From: Bradymonadia bacterium
GTDB taxonomy: Bacteria; Myxococcota_A; Bradymonadia; UBA7976; UBA1532
Direction: 5' to 3'
Length of the DNA stretch: 64,000 bases
Assembly: GCA_046290225.1 (NCBI GenBank)
Contig: JBKAGE010000078.1
Coordinates: 1-64,000, forward strand
The notes beneath the pieces were generated by a model that saw only the letters and a program-made list of their open reading frames with translations, was not told the DNA's origin and ran no database searches. This document shows, piece by piece, positions 48,570 through 63,108 of the stretch. Both the position numbers and the translations under genes were made by a program. How positions within the stretch are numbered: position 1 is the first letter of the stretch; each line of letters starts with the position of its first letter.

Positions 48570-49036
48570 TGATCCTCCATGCGCTCGCTGACGACGGTCA
48601 GGGCGTAGTCGACATTCGGATCTCGTGGATCGAGCTCTTTGAGCCGAGCCAGCGTCTCGTATGCCTCGTTCATCTTGCCCGCCACCGTGGCATCGATGGC
48701 CTTGGCCATCAGCTGCTGCCGCAGCTCGGAGATCTCGGTGAGCGCGTTGGTGCGGGCGAGATGATCGTTGATCTTCTGAAGAAGCTCGGGGGCGTCGTTC
48801 TGAAGCTCGTGCGTCGTGATGAGCACATAGGCCTCGGAGATCTTCTTGAGGCCCTCGGCGAGCTTGCCCGCCCGCTTGCTGCGCTTCTTGATCCTGCTGG
48901 CCTTCTTGAGGGTCTTCTCCCCTTCAGTGGCCAGGGTCTTGGCGTCGGCGAGAGGCTCGGCGTGGGCCGAGAGCGCCGTGGCGCACACAAAAGCCCCGAT
49001 GAGCAGCAGGGCATGGACGAGAGTGGACCGCCTCAA
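48566..49036 (-). CDS. Small secreted helical/TPR-like protein (first gene of operon)
   Basis: TTG start with GGAGGA RBS; signal peptide AHA; LKELDPRD. Confidence 0.7.
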   Translation of the reverse strand: MRRSTLVHALLLIGAFVCATALSAHAEPLADAKTLATEGEKTLKKASRIKKRSKRAGKLAEGLKKISEAYVLITTHELQNDAPELLQKINDHLARTNALTEISELRQQLMAKAIDATVAGKMNEAYETLARLKELDPRDPNVDYALTVVSERMEDQ

Positions 49037-49083
49037 CGCTGTCCTCCATGAGGTAAGGTGCCGTAAACACTTAAATCACCGGC

Positions 49084-49112
49084 ACTTTAGATGACTGAGA
49101 AGGGTAAGTCAA
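49084..49112 (-). promoter_or_regulatory. Putative sigma70 promoter of the 17-gene operon
   Basis: TTGACT-17-TAAAGT. Confidence 0.7.
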
Positions 49113-49128
49113 CGCGGGGAGAAGGCCC

Positions 49129-51627
<2,499 letters not shown>

Positions 51628-51766
51628 GCCTCTCCTGAGCGCTGCTCATCGGCTCCGACCCTTCGATTTGTCGGATCGACGATGCCCTCGCGCCTTCCGC
51701 CCGGATCCCCCGAACACTGAGGCCAGAGGCGGGATTTCGCGAGGGGCTCCAAGCCCTTGTGCCCGC

Positions 51767-51794
51767 ATTCTATAAGAGGGCGAGTCAGGGTCAA
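51767..51794 (-). promoter_or_regulatory. Putative sigma70 promoter of the kinase
   Basis: TTGACC-16-TAGAAT. Confidence 0.55.
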
Positions 51795-51874
51795 ACTGCG
51801 AATCCCACAACACTACACCGGTCTCAAGGCCAAAATGGCCTACGGGCGCCGGAAAGATCGCCCGATACCGCTGA

Positions 51875-51904
51875 TTGACCGAGCCTCAAGACCGGCCTTA
51901 TGGT
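51875..51904 (+). promoter_or_regulatory. Putative sigma70 promoter of the IgGFc gene cluster
   Basis: TTGACC-18-TATGGT. Confidence 0.45.
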
Positions 51905-51945
51905 GGTCCGAAGCATCAATCGAACACGGTAGACCAGAGCCATAT

Positions 51946-54003
51946 ATGAAGAGGTTCCTGCGTTTCATGCCCGGGTGCACCCCTGGCCTCTTGTCGGCGA
52001 CCACCCTCGCGCTGGCGATCTTCACCCTCGGCATTCAGGGGTGTGACTCCGACGACAGCGGGGGTGATCCACCCGACGCAGCCGGCGGCGCTGGCGGTGG
52101 AGGCGCTGGAGGCGGTGAGGCCCAATGCACCCCCGGCGAGATCACATGTGCCGACGATCAGACGGCCCAGACATGTGGTGACGGGGGCGAGCTGACCTCG
52201 GAGATGTGCCCTGAAGGCACTGCGTGTACGCCCGGTGAAGGCTGCATCCTCTCTGGCGAGTGCCTGCCTGGAGAGACGCGCTGTGAAGGGCCCACGCTCC
52301 AACGCTGCCGCCCAGACGGCAGCGGCTACGACAGCGAGCCCTGCCCCGAAGGTTGCGTGGAAGACGAGGACGAGGCCAGCTGCGCTCAGGGGGTGTGCGT
52401 GCCCGGCGAGCGTCGCTGCCAGGGCGCCCAGCTGGTGGTGGAGTGTCGCGCCGACGGCGCCGACTTCGAGGTGGTGGAGCGCTGCAACACCGATCGCACC
52501 GCCCGCGAGTGCAACTCTGGCGAGTGCGTGCCGCTCTGTGAGCTCAGCGAGAAGGTGAAGACCAACGTCGGCTGCGACTACTGGGCAGCCGATCTCGACA
52601 ACGCTCTGGTCCCCGGTGGCGAGCGAGGGTTCCTCAACGCCGCGGACTCTCAGTACTCCATCGTGGTGTCCAACCCCCACCCCGAGTTCACCGGCGAGGT
52701 CTCAGTCTTCAACAACGAAGAGCTGGTGGAGACCGCGGTGCTGCCGCCCCTCGGCCTGCACGTGTTCAACTTGCCCAAGCGCAACGTCGACGGCACCGTG
52801 CTCGCCCCCCTCGCCTATCGGGTGCGCTCGAGCATCCCCATCGTGGCCTACCAGTTCAACCCGCTGGAGAACGTCGACGTCTTCTCCAACGACGCCTCGC
52901 TCCTGCTGCCGAGCCACGTGCTCGGGCAGAACTATTTCGTCATGACCCGGGAGCAGAGCTTCGCCCAGCTGCGCGGGTTCCTCACCGTCATCGGCATCAG
53001 CGAAGAGCCCACGGTGGTGGACATCACCGTCACCGCCCCCACTCGGCCGGGCATCGGTGGCATCCCTGCCCTCGAGGCCGGCGACACCACGCAAGTGATC
53101 TTGAACCAGTTCGACGTGCTCAGCCTCGAGACCAACGGCCCCGGGGCGGATCTCACGGGCTCCATCGTCACCGCCAGCCAGGATGTGGTGGTCTTCGGCG
53201 GCAGCGAGGCAGGGAACGCCCCCAACACCAACCACTGCATCAACATCGATCCCGAGACCGGCGAGGGGGTCTGCGAGACCAAGCCCGACGAGGTGTGCAG
53301 CGACAACTATGACTGCAACAGCGCCCGCCTGAACACGTGCTGCGCCGATCACCTCGAGCAGCAGCTGTTCCCCGTGAAGACCTGGGGTCGTCACTATGTG
53401 GCGGCGAAGAGCTTCGACCGCGGCCTCGAGCTCGATCAGTGGCGCATCCTCGCCGCTGAGGACGACACCAAGATCGAGACCGTGCCCGAGGTGGTGGAGA
53501 TCCCCACCCTCAACGCCGGCGAGTGGTACGAGTTCGGCAGCCGGGAAGACTTCGAGATCGTGAGCGACAAGCCCGTGCTCGTGGGTCAGTTCCTCGCCAG
53601 CCAGGACGCGCCGAACCCCAACCTGCGAGAGCAGATCGAGCCTGGCGACGCCGGCACTGGGGATCCCGCCTTCATCTTGTCGGTGCCGGTGGAGCAGTTC
53701 CGCCAGGACTTCGTGTTCCTCGCCCCTGACAAGTACGCCTTTGACTATGTCACTGTGGTGGCCCCCGTGGAGGCCCAGGTCTTCTTCGACGAAGATCCGG
53801 TGCCCGGCGAGTGGGCCATGGTCGGCGACGGTTCAACCTGGAAGGTGGCGCGTTTCCCCATCGCCGATGGGGTGCACTTCATCCAGTCAGACGAGCCCTG
53901 CGCCATCACCGTCTATGGATATGACCAGTACGTCTCTTATGGCTACCCCGGGGGCCTGAACCTCGACGTGGTCGATCCGGAGACCGGGATGGCGCAAGAG
54001 TGA
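51946..54003 (+). CDS. Cys-rich lipoprotein with IgGFc-binding-protein-like domain
   Basis: Lipobox IQGC; CxPGExRC repeats; AYQFNPL, SNDASLLLP, DHLEQQ, SYGYPGG. Confidence 0.85.
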   Translation: MKRFLRFMPGCTPGLLSATTLALAIFTLGIQGCDSDDSGGDPPDAAGGAGGGGAGGGEAQCTPGEITCADDQTAQTCGDGGELTSEMCPEGTACTPGEGCILSGECLPGETRCEGPTLQRCRPDGSGYDSEPCPEGCVEDEDEASCAQGVCVPGERRCQGAQLVVECRADGADFEVVERCNTDRTARECNSGECVPLCELSEKVKTNVGCDYWAADLDNALVPGGERGFLNAADSQYSIVVSNPHPEFTGEVSVFNNEELVETAVLPPLGLHVFNLPKRNVDGTVLAPLAYRVRSSIPIVAYQFNPLENVDVFSNDASLLLPSHVLGQNYFVMTREQSFAQLRGFLTVIGISEEPTVVDITVTAPTRPGIGGIPALEAGDTTQVILNQFDVLSLETNGPGADLTGSIVTASQDVVVFGGSEAGNAPNTNHCINIDPETGEGVCETKPDEVCSDNYDCNSARLNTCCADHLEQQLFPVKTWGRHYVAAKSFDRGLELDQWRILAAEDDTKIETVPEVVEIPTLNAGEWYEFGSREDFEIVSDKPVLVGQFLASQDAPNPNLREQIEPGDAGTGDPAFILSVPVEQFRQDFVFLAPDKYAFDYVTVVAPVEAQVFFDEDPVPGEWAMVGDGSTWKVARFPIADGVHFIQSDEPCAITVYGYDQYVSYGYPGGLNLDVVDPETGMAQE

Positions 54004-56954
54004 TGGTGCGCGAGGGGAGACACATGAGATCTCGAATGCTCAAGAGCCACATGCTCCAAAAACTGTGGGCGCCATCTGTGCTGGTGCTGCTCACGGCCCT
54101 GGTGGCCGGGGGCTGTGACGACGGCGACAGCGAAGCAGATCCCACGCCAGATCGCGGCTTGGAACTGCCCGACGCCGAGGTCGTCGTGCCTGACGCCGAA
54201 GTGCCAGAGGCTGATGCTGAACCTCAAATGCCCGACGCCGAGCTGGTCGAGCCTGATGAGGGCATCGAAGAGCCCACTGAAGATCTGACCCTCAACTCGA
54301 TCATCCCCCCCCAAGGGGTGGTGACCGGGGGCACTGAGGTGCGCATCATCGGCTCGGGCTTCTACGAGGGTCTCAACATCCGTTTCGACAACATTCCCTG
54401 CCAGTCTCTTGAGATCGAGAGCCTCAACCGGGCCCGGTGCGTCACGCCTCCCGGCACGGTGGGCACCGCGGCGGTGACTGCGGTGGTGCAGGCGGGCGAC
54501 GGGCTCCAGAACGCCGAGCTCGAGGGTGGCTTCACCTACTTCGAGCAGGTGGTGCTGTTCTCGGTGGAGCCCAACCGCAGCCCTTTGCGCGGTGGCGTGC
54601 CTCTCACCATCTCCGGTGCGGGCCTCGTTGAGGGCTCTCGGGTGACCATCGGCGATCTGCCAGTGCCCATGATCAACCTCGAAGAAGATGGTGACATCAC
54701 ATTGCTGGCACCCCCAGCGATGGATCCGGGCCCTGTGGATGTCACGGTGACCAACCCCAACGGGCAAGCCACCCTGCAGGGCGCGCTCTTCTACTATGAG
54801 GGCCTGCAGCTCGACGCTCTAGAGCCCCCACTCGGCCCCGTGAGCGGCGGCACGCCCGTTCAGCTGCTGGGCAACGGCTTGAGGGACGACAGCCGCATCA
54901 CCTTCGGGGATCGCCCCGCCGAGGCCCTCAGCGCCGAGGACGGCCGCACCCGCTTGCTCACCAACGCCCCCCCTGCTGCTGAAGCCGGCCCCGTGGACGT
55001 GACGGTGGAGAACGAGAACGGCACCGTGGTGCTCTCCCGGGGCTTCGTCTACTTCGACGACAACGCGCCAGGCTTCTCCGTGAGCGGTGTGGTGCCCGAG
55101 GCGGGCCCCGTTGAAGGTGGCAATGACATCTTCGTGGGTGGGACGGGCTTCACCGCCGAGACCGAGGTGGCCTTCGACGGCGCCACTCTCAACTGCGAGA
55201 CCCTCGACGCCAACCGTATCCGCTGTACTGCTCCGCCCCGCGGTGTGGGCCCCGTAGATGTGCAGGTGGCTGATCCTGCTGGGAACGCCATCCTCGCTGA
55301 TGGCTACACCTACTTCGAGACACTCAACCTCTTCGCAGTGTCTCCTGAGCGCGGCTCCGTCGCTGGCGGCACCGTGGTCACCCTCGTGGGTACGGGCTTC
55401 ACCGCCGACATGGAGGTGGACTTCGGCGGCCTTGCCCTCCAGCAACTGGAGATCATCGACGAGTCCACGGTGATCGGGGTGACCCCCGCGAACACCTCCG
55501 GGCCCATCACGGTGGGGATCTCCACCCCCTACGCCCGCTCTCGCATCGAAGATGGCTACACCTACTTCAACCCCATCAACCGCTTCGGTGGCGTCTGGGG
55601 TGAGGTCATCGACGGCGCGGTGAACATCACAGTGCTCAACAGCAACACCGGGCAGCCAGAGCCCGAGGTGGCGGCCCTGGCCATCACCGAGGACGAGGCC
55701 ATCAGCCTCGAAGGGCTCACCAACGAGAACGGTCAGCTGACCCTCTCCACTCCCGGTTTGCGGGGGCCACTCAACATCACCGCCGCCAAGGCAGGCTTCG
55801 AGGTCACCACCGTGGAAGACGTCGAGGCTGAGAACGTCACCATCTACCTCATCCCCAACGAGTCTGAAGATGGTGATCCGCCTCCCGGTGTGCCGGCGGC
55901 GATCCTCCGGGGCACGGTGACAGGCCTCGACGCCCTGCCCAAGCCCGTGAACGAGCGGTTCGTGAACGTGATCGTGGTGGAGACCACCCACACGACCCCC
56001 TACAACCGCAATCGCCTGCCCCCTCCGGGGGCCAACGGCCTGCTCTTCGAGGATGGCCCCTTCGAGATCATCGCCCGTCCGGGTGAACTGGCCATCGTAG
56101 CCACCGCCGGTGAGCTCGATCGACAGGCCCTCGCCAACTACCAGGAGGGCACCATCGACTACTGGACGATGCGTCAGAGCCTGAACCCGCTGGCCATGGG
56201 CCTGCGGCGCTTCATCTCGGCGAGCCCGGGCCAGGAGATCGACGACCTCAACGTGTTCCTCGACCACCGGATGGATCTCGACATCCCCGTCGATCTCGAC
56301 AACCCCCCTGCGGGGCCTGATCCGGGGCCGTCGTTCTACGCGTGCCTGCCTCGACTCAACCTGGGCGCTGAGGGGTACTGGGAGCTGGATACCCAGGCGG
56401 TCTCCGTGAGCCCCGCCCTCGATCTGCGGCGCATGCCGGGCCTCGATGGCTGGGACGCCGACATCACCTACTACCTGATCGGCCTGGGCTTCAGCGCCAC
56501 GGCCGACAACACGCCTATGTCGGTGACCATCGCCGAGACTCGAGACATCGAGGCGGGGGTGCTGATCACCCCCTTCATCGGCGCCCCGATCCTGAACAAC
56601 CCACTGCCCGGGCAGTCCCTTGGTCCCGGCCGCCTGCTCTCCTGGACGATGACCGAGGGCTTCGAAGGGCCCATCCGTCAGAACTCCGCGAGCCTGATTT
56701 TGATCGAGGAGCCTCAGCTCGGCCCACCCAAGCCGCTCTGGCGCTATGTGACCCCCGCAGGCGTCACCGAGGTGGAGCTGCCTCCCCTACCCCGCTCCGC
56801 ACAGGGGGCAGGCCTCGGCAACGGCGTGATGCTGCTCACGGTTTTGCCCTTCATCGTCGACGCGAACTTCGACTTCGACGACTTCACCTACGACGATCTG
56901 AACCAGCTCACGTGGCGGGCGTGGTCACAGGTGAACAGCAACTTCTTCCAATAA
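54000..56954 (+). CDS. Acidic lipoprotein with five IPT/TIG domains and a C-terminal beta region
   Basis: Lipobox AGGC; repeated P.xG...GG..V.I.G.GF...F.Y units; start uncertain. Confidence 0.85.
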   Translation: MMVREGRHMRSRMLKSHMLQKLWAPSVLVLLTALVAGGCDDGDSEADPTPDRGLELPDAEVVVPDAEVPEADAEPQMPDAELVEPDEGIEEPTEDLTLNSIIPPQGVVTGGTEVRIIGSGFYEGLNIRFDNIPCQSLEIESLNRARCVTPPGTVGTAAVTAVVQAGDGLQNAELEGGFTYFEQVVLFSVEPNRSPLRGGVPLTISGAGLVEGSRVTIGDLPVPMINLEEDGDITLLAPPAMDPGPVDVTVTNPNGQATLQGALFYYEGLQLDALEPPLGPVSGGTPVQLLGNGLRDDSRITFGDRPAEALSAEDGRTRLLTNAPPAAEAGPVDVTVENENGTVVLSRGFVYFDDNAPGFSVSGVVPEAGPVEGGNDIFVGGTGFTAETEVAFDGATLNCETLDANRIRCTAPPRGVGPVDVQVADPAGNAILADGYTYFETLNLFAVSPERGSVAGGTVVTLVGTGFTADMEVDFGGLALQQLEIIDESTVIGVTPANTSGPITVGISTPYARSRIEDGYTYFNPINRFGGVWGEVIDGAVNITVLNSNTGQPEPEVAALAITEDEAISLEGLTNENGQLTLSTPGLRGPLNITAAKAGFEVTTVEDVEAENVTIYLIPNESEDGDPPPGVPAAILRGTVTGLDALPKPVNERFVNVIVVETTHTTPYNRNRLPPPGANGLLFEDGPFEIIARPGELAIVATAGELDRQALANYQEGTIDYWTMRQSLNPLAMGLRRFISASPGQEIDDLNVFLDHRMDLDIPVDLDNPPAGPDPGPSFYACLPRLNLGAEGYWELDTQAVSVSPALDLRRMPGLDGWDADITYYLIGLGFSATADNTPMSVTIAETRDIEAGVLITPFIGAPILNNPLPGQSLGPGRLLSWTMTEGFEGPIRQNSASLILIEEPQLGPPKPLWRYVTPAGVTEVELPPLPRSAQGAGLGNGVMLLTVLPFIVDANFDFDDFTYDDLNQLTWRAWSQVNSNFFQ

Positions 56955-57060
56955 CGCCCCGCACCTGCCACCCTGCCCGGCGCCCTTCTGGCTCAGTTCA
57001 ACACGCGTGTTTGACGCTCTCTGCACCTTCATCACCGGAGGTGTGTTGAAGGAGTTCGAC

Positions 57061-58065
57061 GTGAAGATGTGGTCTCGCCTTTCTCTCCTGGGTGCCCTTG
57101 CTCTGACTGGCTGCGGCGCGTCACCCACCGGCATCCCGACACCGACACAAACCCAGAAGCGGGTCACCATCGCGCAAGAGGGCCCAAAGCTTCGGGTCGC
57201 CGTGGGTGAGTTTGGCGTCGACCCTGCAGTGCAGGCAGTGCTCACTGAGATGAAGTGGGAGGGCATCACCCCGCTCATCGCCGAGCAGGTGGTCACCGGC
57301 CTGACCCAGAGCGGGCGGGTGGCGGTCCTCGAGCGCAGCCAGCTCGACAAGTTGATCAAGAACATGAAGGTGGAGACCGACAGCGACACCGCTGAGTACT
57401 TCGATCAGTCCACCACCGCCGAAAAGGGCAAGTTCCTTGGGGCCCAGGTGGTCTTTGTCGGTGCCATCACCGAGGTGGAGCCCAACGTCTCCGGCTCGAG
57501 CTCGGGCATCAACGTGGAGAGCCTCGGCAACGCCAAATTCCACACCGACAAGGCTGTCGTGGGCATCGACGTGCGCCTCGTGGACCAGGAGACCGGGCGG
57601 GTGCTGCACGCAGCCCACGCCCAGGGCGTCGTCTCCACCGAGAAGTTCGAAGGACAGCTGAGCTACCTCAATGTCGACGTCGGTGGCCAGTCGTGGTCGA
57701 AGACCCCACTGGGCATCGCCACCCGCGAAGCGGCCAACGACGCCATCGCCCAGCTGACGACCGCCATGAAGACCATCCCCTGGGAGGCACCGGTCGTGGG
57801 CGCTCAGGGCGAGAAACTGTTCATCGGCGCAGGACTCAACGCCAATCTCAAGAAGGGCGACCGGTTCACCCTGATGAGCCGTGGAGAGGCCATCACCGAT
57901 ATGGAAGGCAACGTCATCGGCTATGACGAGCGCGACATCGGGCAGGTAGAAGTCCAGTCGGTCCAGGACAAAATGAGCGTAGCCACCGTGAACCTCACTG
58001 AAGAGGCTGCTGCCCCCAAACGGGGTGATGTGGTGCGTCTCTCTGTCGAGGAGCCAGGTCATTGA
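57061..58065 (+). CDS. CsgG/HfaB-family lipoprotein with FlgT-like C-terminal domain
   Basis: Lipobox LTGC; SGRVAVLERSQL, GAITE, DVRLVDQETGRV; AAGGAG RBS before GTG. Confidence 0.82.
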   Translation: MKMWSRLSLLGALALTGCGASPTGIPTPTQTQKRVTIAQEGPKLRVAVGEFGVDPAVQAVLTEMKWEGITPLIAEQVVTGLTQSGRVAVLERSQLDKLIKNMKVETDSDTAEYFDQSTTAEKGKFLGAQVVFVGAITEVEPNVSGSSSGINVESLGNAKFHTDKAVVGIDVRLVDQETGRVLHAAHAQGVVSTEKFEGQLSYLNVDVGGQSWSKTPLGIATREAANDAIAQLTTAMKTIPWEAPVVGAQGEKLFIGAGLNANLKKGDRFTLMSRGEAITDMEGNVIGYDERDIGQVEVQSVQDKMSVATVNLTEEAAAPKRGDVVRLSVEEPGH

Positions 58066-58958
58066 AGCGGGCTCTACTCACCCTGGCGCTGACCTTCGCC
58101 AGCCCGCTTGTCGCCTCCGCCGAAGATGATCCTTCCACAGTCCAAAGCGGGGTCTACACCCTGACCTCGAAGCTGGTCGACGGGCTCAAGGCCCGCGATC
58201 CAGGTGGCCTGCGTCGCGTGGCAGTACTCCCGTTGGAGGCCCTGGACGAGGAGGCCTCTCGGCACAAGCTCGGCCGCGTGACCTCGGAGTTGATGTCGAG
58301 CAAGCTCCTCGACGAGCCCCGGCTGCTACAGGTGGAGCGTGCTCAGCTCGAGGCGGTGATCGCAGAGCTGAAGCGCAGCGAGTCGGGCGCTCTCGATCCG
58401 GCGGGTGCGGCCTCAGTGGGCAAGCTGCTCGGGGCCAACGCCATCATCCTGGGCACTGTGTCCACCACAGGACCGACCTTCGTCATCACCGCCCGTACAG
58501 TGGACGCAGAGACCGGCGAGGTGCTCAGCGCTGCCGACAGCAGCTTCCCCCGTGGGAGCATGGTGGCTCTGAGCGAAGACATGGTGGAGGTGAAGAGCCG
58601 CACTGGGGCGGCGCTACGCTCTGTAGTGCTGCCTGGATGGGGTCAACTCTACAACGGCGACACCGGACGCGGGGTGACCTACGGCGCGCTCTTCGGCCTT
58701 GCTGCTGCTGGCGCCATCGGCTCCGCGGTCCTGGGGAGCCAGGCAGAGAACGAATACAACGAGAACCGCCCCGACACCGTGGATCGGCGGGCAGACGCCA
58801 ACGATCATTATGATCGCGCCAACATCATGCTGGTGGCCATGGGGGCGGTGTGGGCCGTAGCCCTCGTCGACGCCTGGCTCACCGGAGAGGATCGTGAGCA
58901 GATCGTGGTGAAGCCACTGCCTGGAGGTGGCCAGGCTGGTCTAGGCTGGCGCTTCTGA
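58062..58958 (+). CDS. FlgO/CsgG-like domain protein with DUF5683-like C-terminus
   Basis: RVAVLP, VERAQL, VGKLLGA, ARTVDAETGEV; RSVVLPGWGQLYN; ends LGWRF. Confidence 0.78.
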   Translation: MKRALLTLALTFASPLVASAEDDPSTVQSGVYTLTSKLVDGLKARDPGGLRRVAVLPLEALDEEASRHKLGRVTSELMSSKLLDEPRLLQVERAQLEAVIAELKRSESGALDPAGAASVGKLLGANAIILGTVSTTGPTFVITARTVDAETGEVLSAADSSFPRGSMVALSEDMVEVKSRTGAALRSVVLPGWGQLYNGDTGRGVTYGALFGLAAAGAIGSAVLGSQAENEYNENRPDTVDRRADANDHYDRANIMLVAMGAVWAVALVDAWLTGEDREQIVVKPLPGGGQAGLGWRF

Positions 58959-58985
58959 TCGGCAGGCCCCAGACACGTAGGCCCC

Positions 58986-61244
<2,259 letters not shown>

Positions 61245-61336
61245 GGGCGACGCACCTCCAGGCGATGGGATCGCCCTCAGTGTGCGCTCCCTGACCGCCT
61301 GTTCGCCAGCCGAATCGCTGAGCGTCTCCCACGACC

Positions 61337-62377
61337 TCAGCGCTCAACCTCAGACGACGAACGTAGCAGCGCCTGATGGACCTGCTCGGGGTCATAGCCG
61401 AAGGGGCCCTGATCGCCTGAGTATCGAACCACGCCGCCCTGGATGACATAGAGCCGGATGGGCCAGGCGTTGTAAGCGCGCAGGAGCGCGTTCTCCATGG
61501 TGTCGAGCACCACGTCCATGGACAGCTCCCGTGTCTCGATCAGTCGCTCGGCCATGGCCCGCCGCTCATCCACGCCCTTCGCCTGATAGAAGCAGAAGTC
61601 AGCGTCGCAGGTGAACTCGGGATCCTCACGGTACTGGCCCTCCAGACGCCACTCGTCTTCGGGGTGGGCCTCGGCGATGTAGACGGTGACGAAGCGCACC
61701 CCCTTGGGCTGCCACTCAGCCATGACCCGCTTCAGCTCGGGCAAGCGCCTACGATGATGTGGGCATGAGTATGAGCCGAAGTTGAGCACCACCGGGACGC
61801 CGCCTTCCAGGTAGGTGGAGAGCGCCGCCTCTTGCCCATCCAGGGTAATCGCGGGGCCGTCAGGGGCATGTTGGCCGACGGGCACACCTTCAGCGGTGGG
61901 GGCCCAGCGACCGTAAGCTCGATTGACTGGGCTGTCTTCGGCGGACTGGTTTACCCCCGCCGATTTGAAGATGGCCAGCATCTCCCTGGCCGAGAACGTC
62001 TCAGGCTGCTGTGTGCTGAGCGTGTAGGGGCCCCGGTAGGCGGCGATCATGGCGCTGAGGGCCACGGCGACAAAGGCGAGTTGACGCGCCAACGGGCCAA
62101 TCAAAGCGCAGATCAGGAGGATGAGACCAGCGCTGACGAGGAAGGCACCCTGCACTCTGATGGCAGACTTGATCTCCTTCGGGAGACGCAACCCTCGAGC
62201 AAGGATCCGCACAGGCAGCGCCAGGCCGACGATCAGCGCCAGGGCGCCGATCGAGAGGGCGAACGGTGCAGAGGGCCAAATCAGCGCCAGCGCCGCGATC
62301 GTCAAACCCAACACGCTCTGACCGGCAGCGACCCTACGAAGCCCTGTCGCCGCGGTGAGCCCATCGAGGATGGTCAT
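61337..62377 (-). CDS. Iodothyronine deiodinase-like thioredoxin-fold protein with N-terminal TM helices
   Basis: PVVLNFGSYSCP, VYIAEAHPEDEW, YNAWPIRLYVI, GPFGY; AGGAG RBS. Confidence 0.82.
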   Translation of the reverse strand: MTILDGLTAATGLRRVAAGQSVLGLTIAALALIWPSAPFALSIGALALIVGLALPVRILARGLRLPKEIKSAIRVQGAFLVSAGLILLICALIGPLARQLAFVAVALSAMIAAYRGPYTLSTQQPETFSAREMLAIFKSAGVNQSAEDSPVNRAYGRWAPTAEGVPVGQHAPDGPAITLDGQEAALSTYLEGGVPVVLNFGSYSCPHHRRRLPELKRVMAEWQPKGVRFVTVYIAEAHPEDEWRLEGQYREDPEFTCDADFCFYQAKGVDERRAMAERLIETRELSMDVVLDTMENALLRAYNAWPIRLYVIQGGVVRYSGDQGPFGYDPEQVHQALLRSSSEVER

Positions 62378-62394
62378 GGGGGTGGCTCCTTTGC

Positions 62395-62721
62395 TCAGCG
62401 CTGGCGTGTGGCACATGCCTGCCGACCATACATGTAGGCGCAGTAGCCGCTCTCACAATCGTTGTCGCTCGCACACGGCCCTCGAGGCCCGCTCTTCCCA
62501 CACCTCTTCCCCCGACCATACCCCTGGTCGACGCAGGCTCCGCTCTCACACTCCTCGGGGCGATCACACTGCTCTCTATCGGGCTTCTTCGGGCCGGTGT
62601 CATCGACGGGCGGCGGAGGCGAAGGTGGCGTCCAGGCATGGGGCGGCGAGGGAGGTGCTCTGTGACTCTCTGTCGATTGGAGCTTCACTGTCCCTGAGTC
62701 GGCCCCAGCGTGTCCTACCAC
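62395..62721 (-). pseudogene. Pro-linker + Cys-rich repeat ORF, possibly a 5'-truncated remnant
   Basis: Two CxxxxxCESGxC units; no signal peptide or clear RBS. Confidence 0.4.
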
Positions 62722-62972
62722 TCCGGCTCTGGCTTGGGCTTCGCGGAGGGATCGCCCATCGTCCAGATCTCACGGCCGGTCTTGAGGACCTTGCGATGGA
62801 TGTCGGTGCTCTCGGCCCCCTCGGACTCAGCGATGGCCACCAGCTCGGCCTCGTCGGCCTCGGTGCCATCGCAGTAGGCAACGGGACGCTCGCTGTTGGG
62901 CACGCGGACCTGCACCTTGAGCTCGCCTTTGTCCCAGAGCGCGATGGTCTCTCGGTTGTACGGGTGAATCAT
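62715..62972 (-). CDS. Small hypothetical protein
   Basis: GGAGG RBS before ATG; typical codon usage. Confidence 0.6.
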   Translation of the reverse strand: MIHPYNRETIALWDKGELKVQVRVPNSERPVAYCDGTEADEAELVAIAESEGAESTDIHRKVLKTGREIWTMGDPSAKPKPEPEW

Positions 62973-63108
62973 CTCAGTCCTCCAATCTCTTCGTGTACCC
63001 ACCGCATGGGCCTCGCCGAGCATGCGACTGGGCAGCGTCTGGTACAAGGACATCCGCACAGACCAGCGTCGCTTCCCTGCACTGGACCACCGACCTGACG
63101 TCCGCGAG

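Noticed and set aside
57061..58958. Curli biogenesis operon
   Set aside because: No curlin-repeat CsgA/B or CsgE/F genes in the window.
61337..62377. Selenocysteine recoding in the deiodinase homolog
   Set aside because: The catalytic position is a Cys codon and the ORF has no in-frame TGA.
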